From NCBI GenBank assembly GCA_023920165.1, contig CP089281.1:992001-1056000 (forward strand): 64,000 nt of DNA. The letters are read 5' to 3'. Source of the stretch: Curvularia clavata. Its lineage: Eukaryota. The notes under the pieces were generated by a model that was not told where the DNA came from, did no database searches, and saw only the letters and a program-made list of their open reading frames with translations. Positions 48,772 through 61,825 of this stretch are shown piece by piece; position 1 is the first letter of the stretch, and each line of letters starts with the position of its first letter. The translations under genes and the position numbers were made by a program.

Positions 48772-50097
48772 ATGCGACATTCCGCCCTCCACCCCCTGCG
48801 GCGCATCCTACTGCAATCGCCTGCTCGCCACTTCACCAGCAGCTCTGGCCTACGTCGCACGTTCAAAGGCAAGACTTCCAGCAGCTCCATTCCAACGCCG
48901 CTCACAATTGCACAGAAGGCGACCTGGTGCTTTTGCGCGAAAAGAAGGATACCCACGATGGCCGCCTCGTGAAATTGCACGCCTCCAGAACTACTGGCAC
49001 CCACCGGGGCATCATTCAGCATGCCGACATTATTGGAAGACAGCCGCGACAAATAGTCCAGTCTAACAAGGGCGCCGCCTACCGCATCTATGATCCCACC
49101 CTGGCCGAATATGTTAGGCTCACGCCCCGTCTCGTCACTCCAGTATGTGCCCCTCTCCCTTACAGCCTCAATGCTGTTTCTCGAATACTCATACATTTAG
49201 ATCTATCCGTCCGACGCAAACCTCATCGTCTCCCTGCTCGATATCCACGTAGACCGTCCCTCTACCGGGTTAAACACTGAACCGCCGCTTGAGATCCTCG
49301 AAGCCGGTACAGGCCACGGAGCCTTGACTCTTCACTTGTCGCGAGCCATACACGCTGGAAATCCTCCAATTCCGACTACACCCACTTACAGTGGCGGCCC
49401 TGACGAACCGGAGGATGCAGTGTATCTCGGCGAATCGGTGTCCGATCTACAGCATTCATATCTAGAGGCATGGAAACAGAACCGGCGCGCCATTATACAC
49501 ACACTCGACATATCGCCCAAGTACTCACAGCATGCAAAGAAGATTGTTGAAGGCTTCCGCCATGGCATGTACGCGGCAAACGTCGACTTTCACGTCGGAG
49601 ATGTGTCGGACTGGATCTCCAAGCAGAGACAGTCAAGAAGAACACTGCAACCCTTTTTGAGCCATGTTTTTCTCGACCTACCTAACCCGATCCACCACCT
49701 TCCTAACATAGCCCCTGTCTTACATGTCAACGGTCTACTCGCCGTTTTCAACCCCAGCATAACCCAAATCGCCGAGTGTGTCGAGGTCATCCGGGAGCAC
49801 AAAATGCCATATCTGCTCGAGCAAGTCGTTGAGTTGGGTGCAGGGACAATCCGTGAATGGGATGTTCGCGCCGTCAGGCCGAGAGCAACTTTGCATGAAT
49901 CCAACGCAGAGGCACCCTCAACCAACAAGAGCTCAGACCAACAGGCCGAGCAGGCTGCCAGAGATGGCGAGCTTGAAGAAGCTTTGAGCAAGGAAAAAGA
50001 AGGAAACGAGGAGAAATGGGTCATGGTGTGTCGTCCCAAGGCTGGCCAACAGGTAATAGGAGGCGGTTTCTTGGGCCTCTGGCGCCGTATGGAGTAG
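48772..50097 (+). CDS. tRNA (adenine-58-N1)-methyltransferase Trm61/GCD14-like, probably mitochondrial
   Basis: Arg-rich presequence. Exons 48772-48868, 48916-49142 and 49201-50097. Motifs FKEGDLV, PTLAEYV..TPR..TPIYP.D, LEAGTGHGALT, FLDLP and FNPSITQI. Confidence 0.9.
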
Positions 50098-50212
50098 TTT
50101 GGCTAAAGAAAATAAACAAAAGAAAAATTATCGAAAGGATAAAACTCCAGGTACAGCTGGTGTATCAGCGCATGACACTTTAGAAACATAAACCCTCTAC
50201 ATGGTCCAACAA

Positions 50213-52371
50213 TCAAAAAGGATCCGTTTGCCAAAACCCCATATCAGTCGGTGCTACTTGTCCCAAAAACGTCTCGTCAAATCCAAAACCATATGAGCCA
50301 ATCAAATCGTACATGTTGTACTCGTTCGCCGGGTCCACGCTCACTTCCTGACTTGCCGTCGCAGCCTTGACGGGATCAAAAATTGGCGACGTGGTCGGCG
50401 AAGGGGCCGTGAGATTCTGAGCCGTGGAGGCTGATGGTGTTCCCGCGACCGCATCGATGCGTTTCAAGAGGTCGTTAATTCCCTGCACGATATGCCTCGT
50501 AATATGTTTCCTGTTCAAATTATCCGCCACCTTTGCCAGAAACGACGCTGAGCGCCGCGAAAGCGAGACGACCTGATTGATGTTGAAATTGAGGCCGAGG
50601 CCAAGGGGTTCTGTGGCCCATTCTGGTGATTGTGCTTGCGCTACGCCGCCCCATGTCTTTGCCATTTTGAGCAGAAAGGTCGCGCTGAAGGCAACCATGG
50701 TGTGGGTGAAGATGGGTACGGCCGTCATGGCGCGGCGTAGGTCTGGCTCCTCGAAGATGAGCGTTAGTGTGCTTGTCGCGGCGGCAATGGCGATGTTGGC
50801 GGCTTCGCGCCGGTCGTATGATAGCGATTCGGATGTTGCTGCGCTGGGAGGTGGCAGTGCACGTAGTGCGAGGGAATTCAGTTGGAAACGAGCGAAGTGG
50901 TAATACAGTACCACGCCTTTGGATGGGTAAGATCCAATAGATGGGCTGTCTGCCGACTTTGCTTGCCAGGCTAGCCGCCATTGTTCGATTGCAAAGTTAA
51001 AGAGGCGAAGCTGCTGAAAGTCGGGCTCTGTGAGTGGTTGTTCAGGGTCACTGCCGTACGCCAAGTAGGCTTCCGTTAAAATCTTGAAGAGTGTTACCTG
51101 CGCCCCAAGCCGAATGTCGCCCGGTGTCGTCTTGGGGCTGTCGAGAAACCGTTCGATGTTTTTGACTGCGACGTCGTCGTTGACCATCGGAGGTCGTCCA
51201 TACGCAATGCTGAACTGGTGGTCACATATATACAGTGCAAGCCATAGTCTGACATTATCCCGCTGGTCCTCGTGGCCTCGCATGAGCTTCTGGTAAGCCA
51301 TGTGCAAGTTCATTTCTACCGCATTTCTGACCGCAATTCCAGCTAGTTTCCAGCTGAGGTTGGATAGGTAGAATGCCGCGAGTGCCAAAGCACGTATATC
51401 ATCAAGGTTCTGAGGTCGAGCGAGAGCAGCAGTGTACACTAACGATACGAAGATGTTATAGCACTTCTGCAGTGCTTCATCTCGGCCAGGGGTGTGTAGT
51501 GCTGATATCGTTAAGACGGCTGCAGTCAACAGCGTGGATTGGCGGCGCACTGCATTCAACGAGTCATAAGGAAAGAGTACGCCGGCCCAGAGGTAGAGGC
51601 GCATATCTTGCATGTAGCGCCGGAAAAGATCTTCTGCTTCATGTAGCGACACGATTCCTTGGGCTATAAAGTCCTCCTCCGCAGAGCTGGAGTTGGGCTT
51701 CCACAATGCGCTGCTCCGAAGGTTCCGGATTCGTGTGAGATCGTACAGACTTCTCATGGGCGCTGTTACCAAGCCAGACTCTTCTCCAGAATCGCGTTCG
51801 ACAGAGTTGTCGCGCGTCATGTCCATCGGTGGCGGAACCACCAGAGTAGTGTGGCCACTCTCAGACATGACATTGGTTGGAGTTACAGTCATCGTCTGTG
51901 CTGATGGTGGCTGAGGTGATTCATCTTGAGGACTGTCGAGGCCTGGGAGCTTGTTGTGCGCAAGGAGACGCTGCACCGCCGAGCGCAGCAGTCCTATCTC
52001 AGCAGATGCTTTTGCTTTCCAACTGCGATCATACTATCAGCCTTTTCGGAACACGTTGACATGGAATTGGACATATTTACGCAGCATCCTCGTCCAGAAT
52101 GCGCTGGTTCATGTTGTAGGGAACACACTCGGTGCCGCTTCTCAAACATTTTGCGCATTTTGTTTCATTGTCGACTGGCTCACATTTGATTTTGTGCCTT
52201 TTGCATTCCGCGCCTGCGCATGGAGTTTGTGAGCGAAATTGTACGCAGGCAACCTTGGTGCGGGTTGAGTCGAGACTCACAGGCTCTTATTCGCGGCGTG
52301 CGCGGAGCAGGCCGACGTCCATCCTCGTGGTCCGCATCTTCGCTCGGACGCTTCAGTGGAGACATTTCCAT
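50213..52371 (-). CDS. Zn(II)2Cys6 transcription factor with middle-homology region
   Basis: Three exons giving ACAECKRHKIKCE..CAKC..C, then A.EMNLH and RLWLALYICDHQFSIAYGRPP. Confidence 0.9.
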
Positions 52372-52909
52372 GCCATCGGGCCCCCTCCCTTAGGGTATTG
52401 GAACTGGTGATGATAGTCGGCCTCGATGCGACATGAGTAACTTACAAAGCCATGTCTGCGCTCGTGACTTGTCTGAAACTGGCAATGCGAGGATGGATGG
52501 CTCCCCGGAGCGGAGCAAGCTGCAGCCCAGCTAGGCATCGCGAACGCTGCGCGCTTGGCCTAATTGGGCGGGGTTAACTTTAGTGCGTAATGACTACGAC
52601 AAGCACACATCCTACTGAGCCAATGCTAGTTGTTCGATGTTATCTCCTGCATCATACGAAATCCTTATGCGAGAGAACCCTGTCCTACTGAGAGTGGGCG
52701 TTGGCGAGACGAGGCGGAACCCTTTGTACGAGTAAGTTGGTGTGTTTGTATTATGCGAAAGGCTCACTGGACAGCATTTTGCATAGATGTTGAGACTATG
52801 AGCATACTTTGGAGAAGCTATCATCAAATTGGGTAGAGCATACGGCAGTCAAAGTGACCTCCTCCGACACCAAAATTAATCGGGTCTCTCTCTGCTATCA
52901 AAAGCTAGG

Positions 52910-54268
52910 CTAAAGAGAATTCTTAGGCTTTACGACCATTGTATGCAACTCTTTCTTTGACAATGCTGCTTCGTTCTCTACCACTGCAGTCTCCTGTATA
53001 CCACTAGCTTCTTCCTTTTCTTCCATTATACACTGCTTCTGACTGTCGGAATCTTTACCGTCTTTGCTATCTGAGCTCTTATAATTGTAAGGGTATATGA
53101 CGCTCAGGTGATGCAACTGTTGCTCAATATCGTCTTCGTCGTACTTCAGATATTCTTGAGTGTGTTGGAGGGGAAATTTTGTTTGGTTTGGGGTGTAAAT
53201 CAGACACAAGATTCGTGTCAAAGTATGGAATGAATTTGGCTTTTGGACGAGGGTGGTATATCAGCACAGGTTCCAACTTTACATTGCAATATTCCTTCGC
53301 TTACCAAGCTCCATTTAATTGTAGGGCTGCAAGCAGCGATCACACCGAGATTGGCTTCGACGTTTGATAACGTACTTCGAATGCTGTAAAGATTCTCGAC
53401 TGAAATTTGTTTCAAACTCATAACTTCAACAAACTTGTAGAGGCGGTAGCGGCCAATAACAGTAACCATTATCGGGAGCGGGAGAAACAAGATCACTGCT
53501 ATGTTATGCTTCAAAGGCATGCGCAAGTCGTGAAGGACCCATGCAGGTATGAAAGCAACGAGAATATCAGTAGCGATCGTCAACCCAATAGTACCAAAGA
53601 TGTATGAGCGACGATCACTACACGTACCAGGTAGGTCTGGATTCCATGACTTCTGGAGTGGCAGACACATGAGCAAGCTTTCAAGTGTCGCACCAACGAT
53701 GAAGATAGCTTTGACAACAATTAGAGCCTGAAGACTTGTAAGGATAAGGCGATCCATGCAACATAGCTTCAGAAGTGTAATCAAGAATGAGATCTTGAAC
53801 AAGCCGAGAATCGGATTGTAGATGATGTTGTTAATATATCGCCACTAAAATTCAGTATCAGTAAGACTGAAGACGGTCGCAGAAAGTATAATGAAGACGA
53901 ATGGGCTGACGAGATAAACACCGTTCTTGTCGATGGCGCCTTTCGGGATATCTTCCACATGGTAACCCGCATGCGATACCAAAACGACTTAACGGTCAGC
54001 CAGCTGTACCCTCCAGAAATACTAATGCATACATTTCCACATTGTAACGGTAAGTACCAATAACAAGACCTCTGCTATGACAAGAAGTGTATCCTCTAGG
54101 AGTGATGTTAGTACGTGCTTTGCCATGGGTTGAGTAACAGAACTTACCAATAGCATATTTGCGCTCTTTGATTTTTTCCCATACTCTTTAAATTACATTT
54201 GTAATCGAGAGTAAGAAAGGAAAGATGATTAAAAATATGTTCATTGGTTGGAGACCAGTCCCTGCCAT
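52910..54268 (-). pseudogene. PTH11-like (fungal rhodopsin-domain) integral membrane protein, disrupted
   Basis: Spliced reading MAGTGLQP..ITNVI*RVWEKIKERKYAIEDTLLVIA..GYHVEDI..KISFLITLLKL..C.P..W..C..TDIL..IP..L.M..VEANLGVIAAC.PT. In-frame TAA at 54190-54188; the last exon also appears out of phase. Confidence 0.75.
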
Positions 54269-55640
54269 TTTGCAAGACCTGTAAACTAAGCGACCTACAT
54301 CTGAACAGGGAAAAGTGAGGAGTGCCTTTCTCAAGATATGGTACAAGAAATGCCTGAGTTTGACCAGCTTGTCGGGTTGTTCACGTGGCAGAACCATCTG
54401 CCCTCAGCTTAATGGTAGACTTTACAACGCCGCAATCCTTCACCTGCCCCGGGGTGCCCTTATTTCCAACACCTGTGTGATGAGGATGTTGGTTTGCATT
54501 GCTTGATCTCGCTTACTTGCCACTCTTTTGTAACACTGCGGCTAGGGATTCCTTACTGCGAAATGAAATTCGTCCATGAACTTGATGATTTGTATTTGGC
54601 TATGCAGATACAAGCGCTTGGCTAGTGACTGAAGATGTAGGACCGAGAATTGTGATCATCAGCATACTCACATCCTGTTTGTTGTATTATCAGCAATATA
54701 TAAGTATGGCAGCTCTTCGTCAGGATAAAGACGAACCGACCAAGGGTCCACACGGTGGCAAAATAGCAAACCATCCCTATGCCTTAAACCTGCAGCTCAA
54801 GAGGAGAGCGGTAAGAGAGACAAGGTGAGACGTTCTTAGTGTCCGATAGCATGGTTCTTCCAACCAATCCTCAGACACTCTGTGAAATAGCGGCATGAAG
54901 TACGTGTTGGCACAAGTGTTGATCCTGTGCCAAGCCTTTGCCTGCAGCTGTGGAAACGAGTTGGCGACTTGTATTCTTACCAAGGCTTGTGGCAAACCTC
55001 GCTACTCTTTTGAAGCTTTACCATACTCAATTCTACTTGAGATCATGGAGATATTAAAACAGTTCCCTGAGATGAAGACTAAGACAGTTAGCTCCTTTTG
55101 GCAGCTTAAGAGCGACTCCGGGGCAGCTACAAATTATCTTGGCGACTGTGCCGCAGTCCTATGACTCCACATGCAATATGAGTTGCCAAGCTGATATTCC
55201 TTCTGCAGAAAACGTTGGACCCTGCGCTTCTGCACAGGTAATTCGAATAAAGCAACCGCACGCAGAAAGCAGCGAGCCGATCCAATTGCCGCGAGACTGA
55301 ACCTCTCAAAAGGTATGCTGACTGCTTGACGGAAATTAGGTCCACCTTCGCCTTAAAAGCAGCAGCAACTCATATATCGTTCCGACCGCTGTCACGTTTG
55401 TAGTTCCTGCACAATGCTACTTCTGTCGCCCCGCCGAACTTACCATTCCCAGTTGATGGTGCTCTAGAGAGACCGGATTGCATACTATGGGATTGGCGTG
55501 CGATTCATTGACTAGCCATGCACGGAAACTCAACAATGGATTGAACAATCGGCTGCAAATGTAAGATAAAAACTCGAAAGCTCAGCCGTTCCTTCTCACA
55601 TAGAGTCCCTTCAAATTTCGATCACCGTTTCGACACTGGT

Positions 55641-57729
55641 ATGGCTTTCATGTGGCGAATTGCCACGTGCCTTTCTCTGTCGGTTTTGCCTGGGCAAGTA
55701 CTATCGCAGGCCTCTGTATTTGCCGACACTAAACCTGCAGCTACATCTGTTCCAACTACCTCAGCAGCTGGAGCACCTTTACAGGAAGCAGAAACCCTCC
55801 AATTGACAGACAGAGTTATTGAGCGCTTGTTGTTTGACGATGCCACGTCGCAATACGCGAAATATTTTGCGTTCGAAGACAGCGATGTTGCCAATGGTAC
55901 TTTGAAGCATCGTGTTGCTTTCGGCTCTTGTAAAACATTCCCAGGTGATCCAATGTGGCCTAAGGATGACCTGTGGAATCTTTTCGACATCCTGCTAGGC
56001 GGAGCATTGATTCCCACGAAACCCATCGCAGCATCATGCTACGATTCAAAATGGGGAGTTAAGGGCACCAAAGCATGTGCCAACATTGCAATCAATTTCA
56101 CAAGTCCATTTGTACACCTTAGCGACCCAACTTCTAGTGAGCATCCTCCTTTAGAGAACCGTCCTTGGGCCGCACGCTGATACCATCTTACTTTTCAGAT
56201 ATGTGGCCACTCTTCCAAGGCAGAACTTGTATGCCAGGCAATGATACAGTTGGAAAGAACTGTACCTTGGGTGCATACCCAGAATACGCGGTGAGAGTTA
56301 CCAATGTAGCCCAGGTACAGATTGCTATCAACTTCGCCCGGATCACGAACATGCGACTCGTTATCAAGAACACTGGTCACTGCTATTTGGGAAAGTCAAC
56401 TGGTGCTGGGGCACTTAGTTTATGGATGCACAATATGGACCAAATTGACTTTCTTCCTAACTACAAAGGTCCTGGCTACTCAGGCCCTGCACTGAAGCTT
56501 GCCGCTGGTGTCACTGTTAGACAGGTGTACGAAGCCGCCGATAAGAACGGCGTCACTGTCTTGGGCGCCATATCTCCAGTATGTCCGAAGATTCTTCTAA
56601 AATAGTCGAATTTGTAATTAACTTGCTATAGACTGTCGGGTATGCTGGTGGCATGATCACTGGTGGAGGTCAGAATCCGTTAGCGGGCATTTATGGAATG
56701 GCTGCCGATCATGTCGTCGCTTTTCAGGCTGTCACAGCCAATGGTCGCTTTATCACTGTATCCGAAAACTCGAACCCCGATCTATTCTGGGCTTTGCGAG
56801 GCGGTGGTGGCGGAACATTCGCTGTTGTCACATCAGTCATCATTCGAGCACACCCTAAGCTCAATGTCGTTACCTCGATGTGGAAACTAGATGCCTCAAA
56901 AAATAGCGTCGACGCTTTTTGGGCCGGCACAAAGAAGTTCTACGATATCTTTCTTGAATGGGCAGATGCGGGTATTTACAGCTTTTACTTCATGGGAAAA
57001 GATCCCCAGCTTTATCTCCAGTTGCGATTTATCTTCGCACCAAACCATACTATGGAGTCGTATACGAGCCTAGTCAAACCTTTCTTCGACTATATCGACG
57101 CTGAGAATATCACCCTAACTACTCCCGATACGCCCATTGCGCATTCCACTTTCTACTCGGCTTATCAAGCGACATGGGGACAGATGTCCTGGGCAGTTGG
57201 CTCGGACGGATCACTTCCAGGCAATCGTATCGTTCCTCGAAGAAACTTCTTGGAGAAGTATGACGAAACATTTGCACTCATAAAAGAGCATGTATCGGCT
57301 GGAAAACATTTTCTTGGGTACCACAAAGCCCCCAAGAAGTATGCGAATACAAACAACGCAGTCAATCCAGCCTGGCGTGAGTGCGCATTGTTCCTCGTCA
57401 CTTCATCAAACAGATCACTTGATCTTTCGACAACGAAAAATGTTGCGTTCGCGAACAAGCATCTCCAGGAGAAGATTTTGCAACCCTGGCGTGACATTGC
57501 ACCGGTATCTGAAGGCGGTGGCTCTTACCTCAATGAAGCCAGTATTGGGGAGGCGGAATGGCAGGAATCGTTCTATGGAGGTTACTATCCCAGACTCAGC
57601 GAGATCAAGCAAAAATGGGACCCGAACGACGTATTTTATGCCACCACTGCTGTTGGAAGTGAGAGGTGGAAGGTTGAAGACGGCGAACATGGTGTGCAAA
57701 CTCAGAATGGACGATTGTGCAAGGTTTGA
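55641..57729 (+). CDS. Secreted FAD-linked oxidoreductase (berberine-bridge-enzyme/AA7-like)
   Basis: Signal peptide; introns 56137-56198 and 56579-56631. Motifs IKNTGHCYLGKSTG, DLFWALRGGGGGTF, YLNEA and RL..IK.KWDP..VF. Confidence 0.93.
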
Positions 57730-58063
57730 TGTTACAGCATGTGATTGCCATGAGCAACAGTAGCTCTTAGTCGTTACAAATCCATCCTGTGTTCATATTT
57801 CGTAAACCCTTCGTCCATGAATTCCTCTCCAATGTGATTCTAGGAAACACACCCACTTCTCAGGTCGTGGTTTTTAGTGATTGTGCAATCTCTAAACCTC
57901 CTGAAGCTGCTAAATTATTACCTAGTTGAGATAAGTGGCTGTTGGAACAATTAAGTAAAGTTTCCAAGCGCGCTTCAAACTCTTGAAACACTGGGGATTT
58001 ACCCCAATGCTACACTCTTATCAATGTCAATCTGACTCAGTAAGAGGGCATCAACCATATCTC

Positions 58064-59375
58064 TCACCCCCTTGCTACCAGCAAACCTCTCTCATATAAG
58101 CCCGAGATCATGCTTACGTTCCTCCTTGCATCTCTCGCAAACGTTGCGCTAGAGCAAAACTCTTTTCCGTCGTTTTTATACACGGTTTTTACACCTTCTT
58201 TCCGATCCCACTCAGCCACCCAGCTCGATGACGTACACTCACAAGCTTTCTTCTCCTTTTCTGAACCATGCATGTTGCACTTTGCTCTAGCTTTGCTGAC
58301 AGCCATCAGCGCTGGGGCAAACGGGTGACCCGCCATGAGGAGTTTGCCAGCAGAGTCGACCGAGAGGTTGTCTACGAAGAACGGGATGCGGATGTACTCG
58401 GTAGTTTCAAGAACAACGGTGTCTGGGTCAAAAGTATAAAGCTGCACTGCTGGCTTGGAAGTCGATGCAACGGCCACGGTTTTTGAGTCAAGCATTGCGA
58501 TTCCGTTTGCGAAACCAAGGTGTGCTAGTTTCCTCGTGTGAGACGCGTTGTTGATGTCAACATAGACGACGCTGCCGCCAGGAATACCGGCGAATGTTTC
58601 GACGGTTGAAAGTAAGCGTGATGCCAGGGCTCCGATATAGTGGTCGTTGGTTATCAGCATTTTTCCATCGCCGAGACTGTGGATGGAATTGGGACTGTAA
58701 ATTAGCTTGTGCTTGAACGTTTGGATATATTTTGCTGTGGCATCCTCTACGGAGACTTGGAACACTTCAATGATGTTTCCAGAATTACGAGAGTGGTTGA
58801 TGACGTATAGCGTTGATGTTGCGACATCAAACTCAATACCTAGAGGTTGAAAGTCTCTTGCGTTGGGGCGACCAACCAATTCGAGTGCTCTGACAGCTTG
58901 GGAATCCGGAAGGTTCGGCGTTGAGTAATCGTAGACCCAGATGTGTGCACTGTCCTGTCCGCCTCTCCTTGCCCGAGGTGGTGCGAATGTGCCCTGCTTG
59001 GCGTAAGCTACTCCATTGATTCCAATACGTTATCCGGATCGCCTTGCGGCAATTCTGTAATCAGCCAACTCTTACCATGACAGTATTCCATTGGTCCCTC
59101 CCTGGGTTGCAGCTCACGAAGGCGATTCCCTTGCCCTCCTCGATCAATGCATCTTCGCAATTTCGCAGCCGATCACTAAACTTAATTTCGTATTGCTCAA
59201 AAAGATTAAGGTTCTCAAATTTCCCCGGACGGTTTGCTATAATCCCCGAGAGAGCGAGACCGCGGTCGTATAGACACGGTGCTATCAACCCCAGTGCGAT
59301 GACACACTAGAATCTTCGAATTAGCTGTTGGATTCAATCAATCTGGGGAAGCCATACGAGCGACTGTAGCATCAT
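58064..59375 (-). CDS. Paraoxonase/arylesterase-like six-bladed beta-propeller (Ca-dependent lactonase)
   Basis: Exons 59375-59358, 59306-59076 and 58993-58064. N-terminal hydrophobic segment; motifs NCED, PLGI, LYVINH, SPNSI, TNDH, FANGI and VDNL. Confidence 0.88.
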
Positions 59376-60633
59376 CTTCGATTTTCTTTATATTGTGGCG
59401 AAGCTGCAGATACGAAAGAGTTGATGAGGATACAGAGCAGCCGAATCTAACTAATGTCATCTGTTGACAGGCTAGTAGAGCTAAAATCTAGGCCTACGTA
59501 ACAGGCGGCTGCTGGCATCAGCATCATCAAGATGGGTCATTGTCAGTAATCAGATGTTGCTAGGTACATTAATAATCAATAGTCGGGCGTCTTGATTACG
59601 ATTAAAAGGTAGATAGCGTTGTGTTTGGGGCGGTTTGACCTAGGAAGTGTCCGTAGAAGATACAAAAACTGTGGGCAAAAGGTTACACGATTAGGATGTT
59701 TCCAAATCGTGACTGGCACTCTGCATTGTAATGCTTTGATCAAATCCTGGGACCTTCTTCCAAGCCGTGTTATCTCACGTCCTATTGCAGTACCTGATAC
59801 CAAGGTTACAACGAAGAGAGATTGTCTCGGTATATCTTTGGTGCTGTGATGTTGGCCGACTAACGTTGGAGTCTAGCAAGAGTATCGGACCTCAAGCTTG
59901 TATTAGGCTATACCTATCTCGCTCTTGTTCATTTTGTTGTGTGGGAAAATCTACCAATGGTCCGAGTCTGAAACACTGATCTTGCATCTCCATTCTTGTT
60001 GGGTCATGTTGTGTAACAATGCAAACTCGGCACCTATAACGTGATTTGTTGTCGATCTGCGGAAAATTAATCCCGCACTCTTGCGGCTCTTAGCTCCCTT
60101 AAGCTGTAGAAGATAATAGATTGGAGCAGATAGCACACATTTACCAAGCATCTCTGTTTGACCGCTGGTCTAGATACGCTAATAATTCGTAGGTAGTGTT
60201 AGGATGGCGATATATACTACTAGTGGAACTCGGAAATTCGGAATCGCTTCCCAGCTCCGAGTGGCGACACTATGTTTATTGCAACGTCCTATTCTCGTTC
60301 GCAGGCACTGCAAATACTGCTAAGGCTATGAACTTCGACTTTAACTAGATAACTGCAAATCTATAACCGGCAAAAATAAGAAGGCAACAGAATGGAACAA
60401 GCAGATATGAGTTGCAAAGTGAAAATAGACGGAAAACGATATCCAACCAGCGTTGGCATTACTGTTACCTCAACGTTGTACCCCTCTCCAGAATGCCTCT
60501 TTAGCTTCAAGCGGTTAGAGTCATAGCTAGAGTGATACTACTAAACATCGAGTAGAGAGCTGATCGAACGGAAGACAAGTTTTTCTGAAAGTCAACCCTT
60601 TTTCTTCGAGTTGTTGTGAATATAGGAACAAAT

Positions 60634-61825
60634 ATGAGTTCTGCACAGCACGTCGCCATTGTAACTGGGGGCAACAGTGGCATGGGAATGGCCCTGTGTC
60701 GTAGGCTGGTAGAGAAAGGTTGGAAGATTGCCATTGCTGATATTCAAGAAAACAAAGAATTTGCTCAAGAACTCGGCGATGCTGCCAGTTTCCACAGATG
60801 TAATGTGGCGGACTACGACAGGTATGCACACTTCTCTGATTTACCTGTCCAAATACTAAGCAAAGAAGCCAGGCTGAGATGTTCCAACAGGTTTGGGATT
60901 GCTATGGAAGGATCGATGCGTTATGTGCCAACGCGGGCATTGTAGACAAAAGGCATATTCTGCAGCACATCTTGTTCAACAACCGCTGACACATTATAGC
61001 TCAATCTTCATTTTCGAGCATCGCGGATCCGACAAGTAAGGCTTCTACCATTTAGTCGCTGTTTTAGCTAACTATAGGAGAATACCACCAAAACCAGACT
61101 TGTTATGTACTGATGTAGATTACAAAGGCGTCGTGTACGGCACACAATTGGCGATCCACTTCTTCCGCAAGAACAAAGTGGCTGGTGGTAAAATCATCGC
61201 CACTGCCAGTGTTGCTGGGATTGTTCCCCATGAAACGTTTCCAGAGTACGATGGAGCCAAAGCAGCTGTGGTAAATTTCGTTCGAGCAACGGCACGGATA
61301 TTGAAAGCGGTAAGTTTCATAAAAAGAAAAGCGGCCTTGGGGTCGGTGTTGATGACGCGCAGAAAGAGAACATCATGATCAATGCAGTATGCCCTGGTGA
61401 GTACATGTGATCTGATTGTGTCCACAGGTGCGGACAACAAATTAACATTGCCAGGGATCGTGCATACACCTATCTTACCACAGGGGTTGATCGATGCCGT
61501 GTCGGCAGAGTGGTGCGTGCCATTCCATGTTCCCCATATCCGTGATTAATAGGCCATAGCTTAACACCCGTATCAACCGTGGTGAGCGGATATGAAAAGT
61601 TTCTCGATGACGACACCTTATATGGGAGGGTTCTAGAATGCTCAGGGGAAAATCATTTTTTCCTCGAATCGCCAACGCTCGCCAATGGCCACGTGTCTAG
61701 GGCAGGCGTGACTGTTTGGGAACCAGCGTTCAAAATGTGGGTTCCGACCTGGGATGCTGTACTTGGCTAATGAACAATTCAGGTACCACAAAGAGAATTC
61801 TGGGCTGTCCGATGCGATTCCTTGA
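60634..61825 (+). CDS. Short-chain dehydrogenase/reductase (15-hydroxyprostaglandin dehydrogenase-like)
   Basis: Eight exons. Motifs TGGNSGMG, ANAGI, TAS, catalytic YDGAK and NAVCPG; ends MYHKENSGLSDAIP*. Confidence 0.9.

Noticed and set aside
54777..55345. Short ORFs between the PTH11 relic and the FAD oxidase (one with F-box-like LPYSILLEIM)
   Set aside because: They are too short and fragmentary to support a gene model without a homology search.
60230..60260. Clustered CGG/CCG triplets in the lactonase-SDR divergent promoter as Zn2Cys6 sites
   Set aside because: They are too short and common to call without conservation or binding data.
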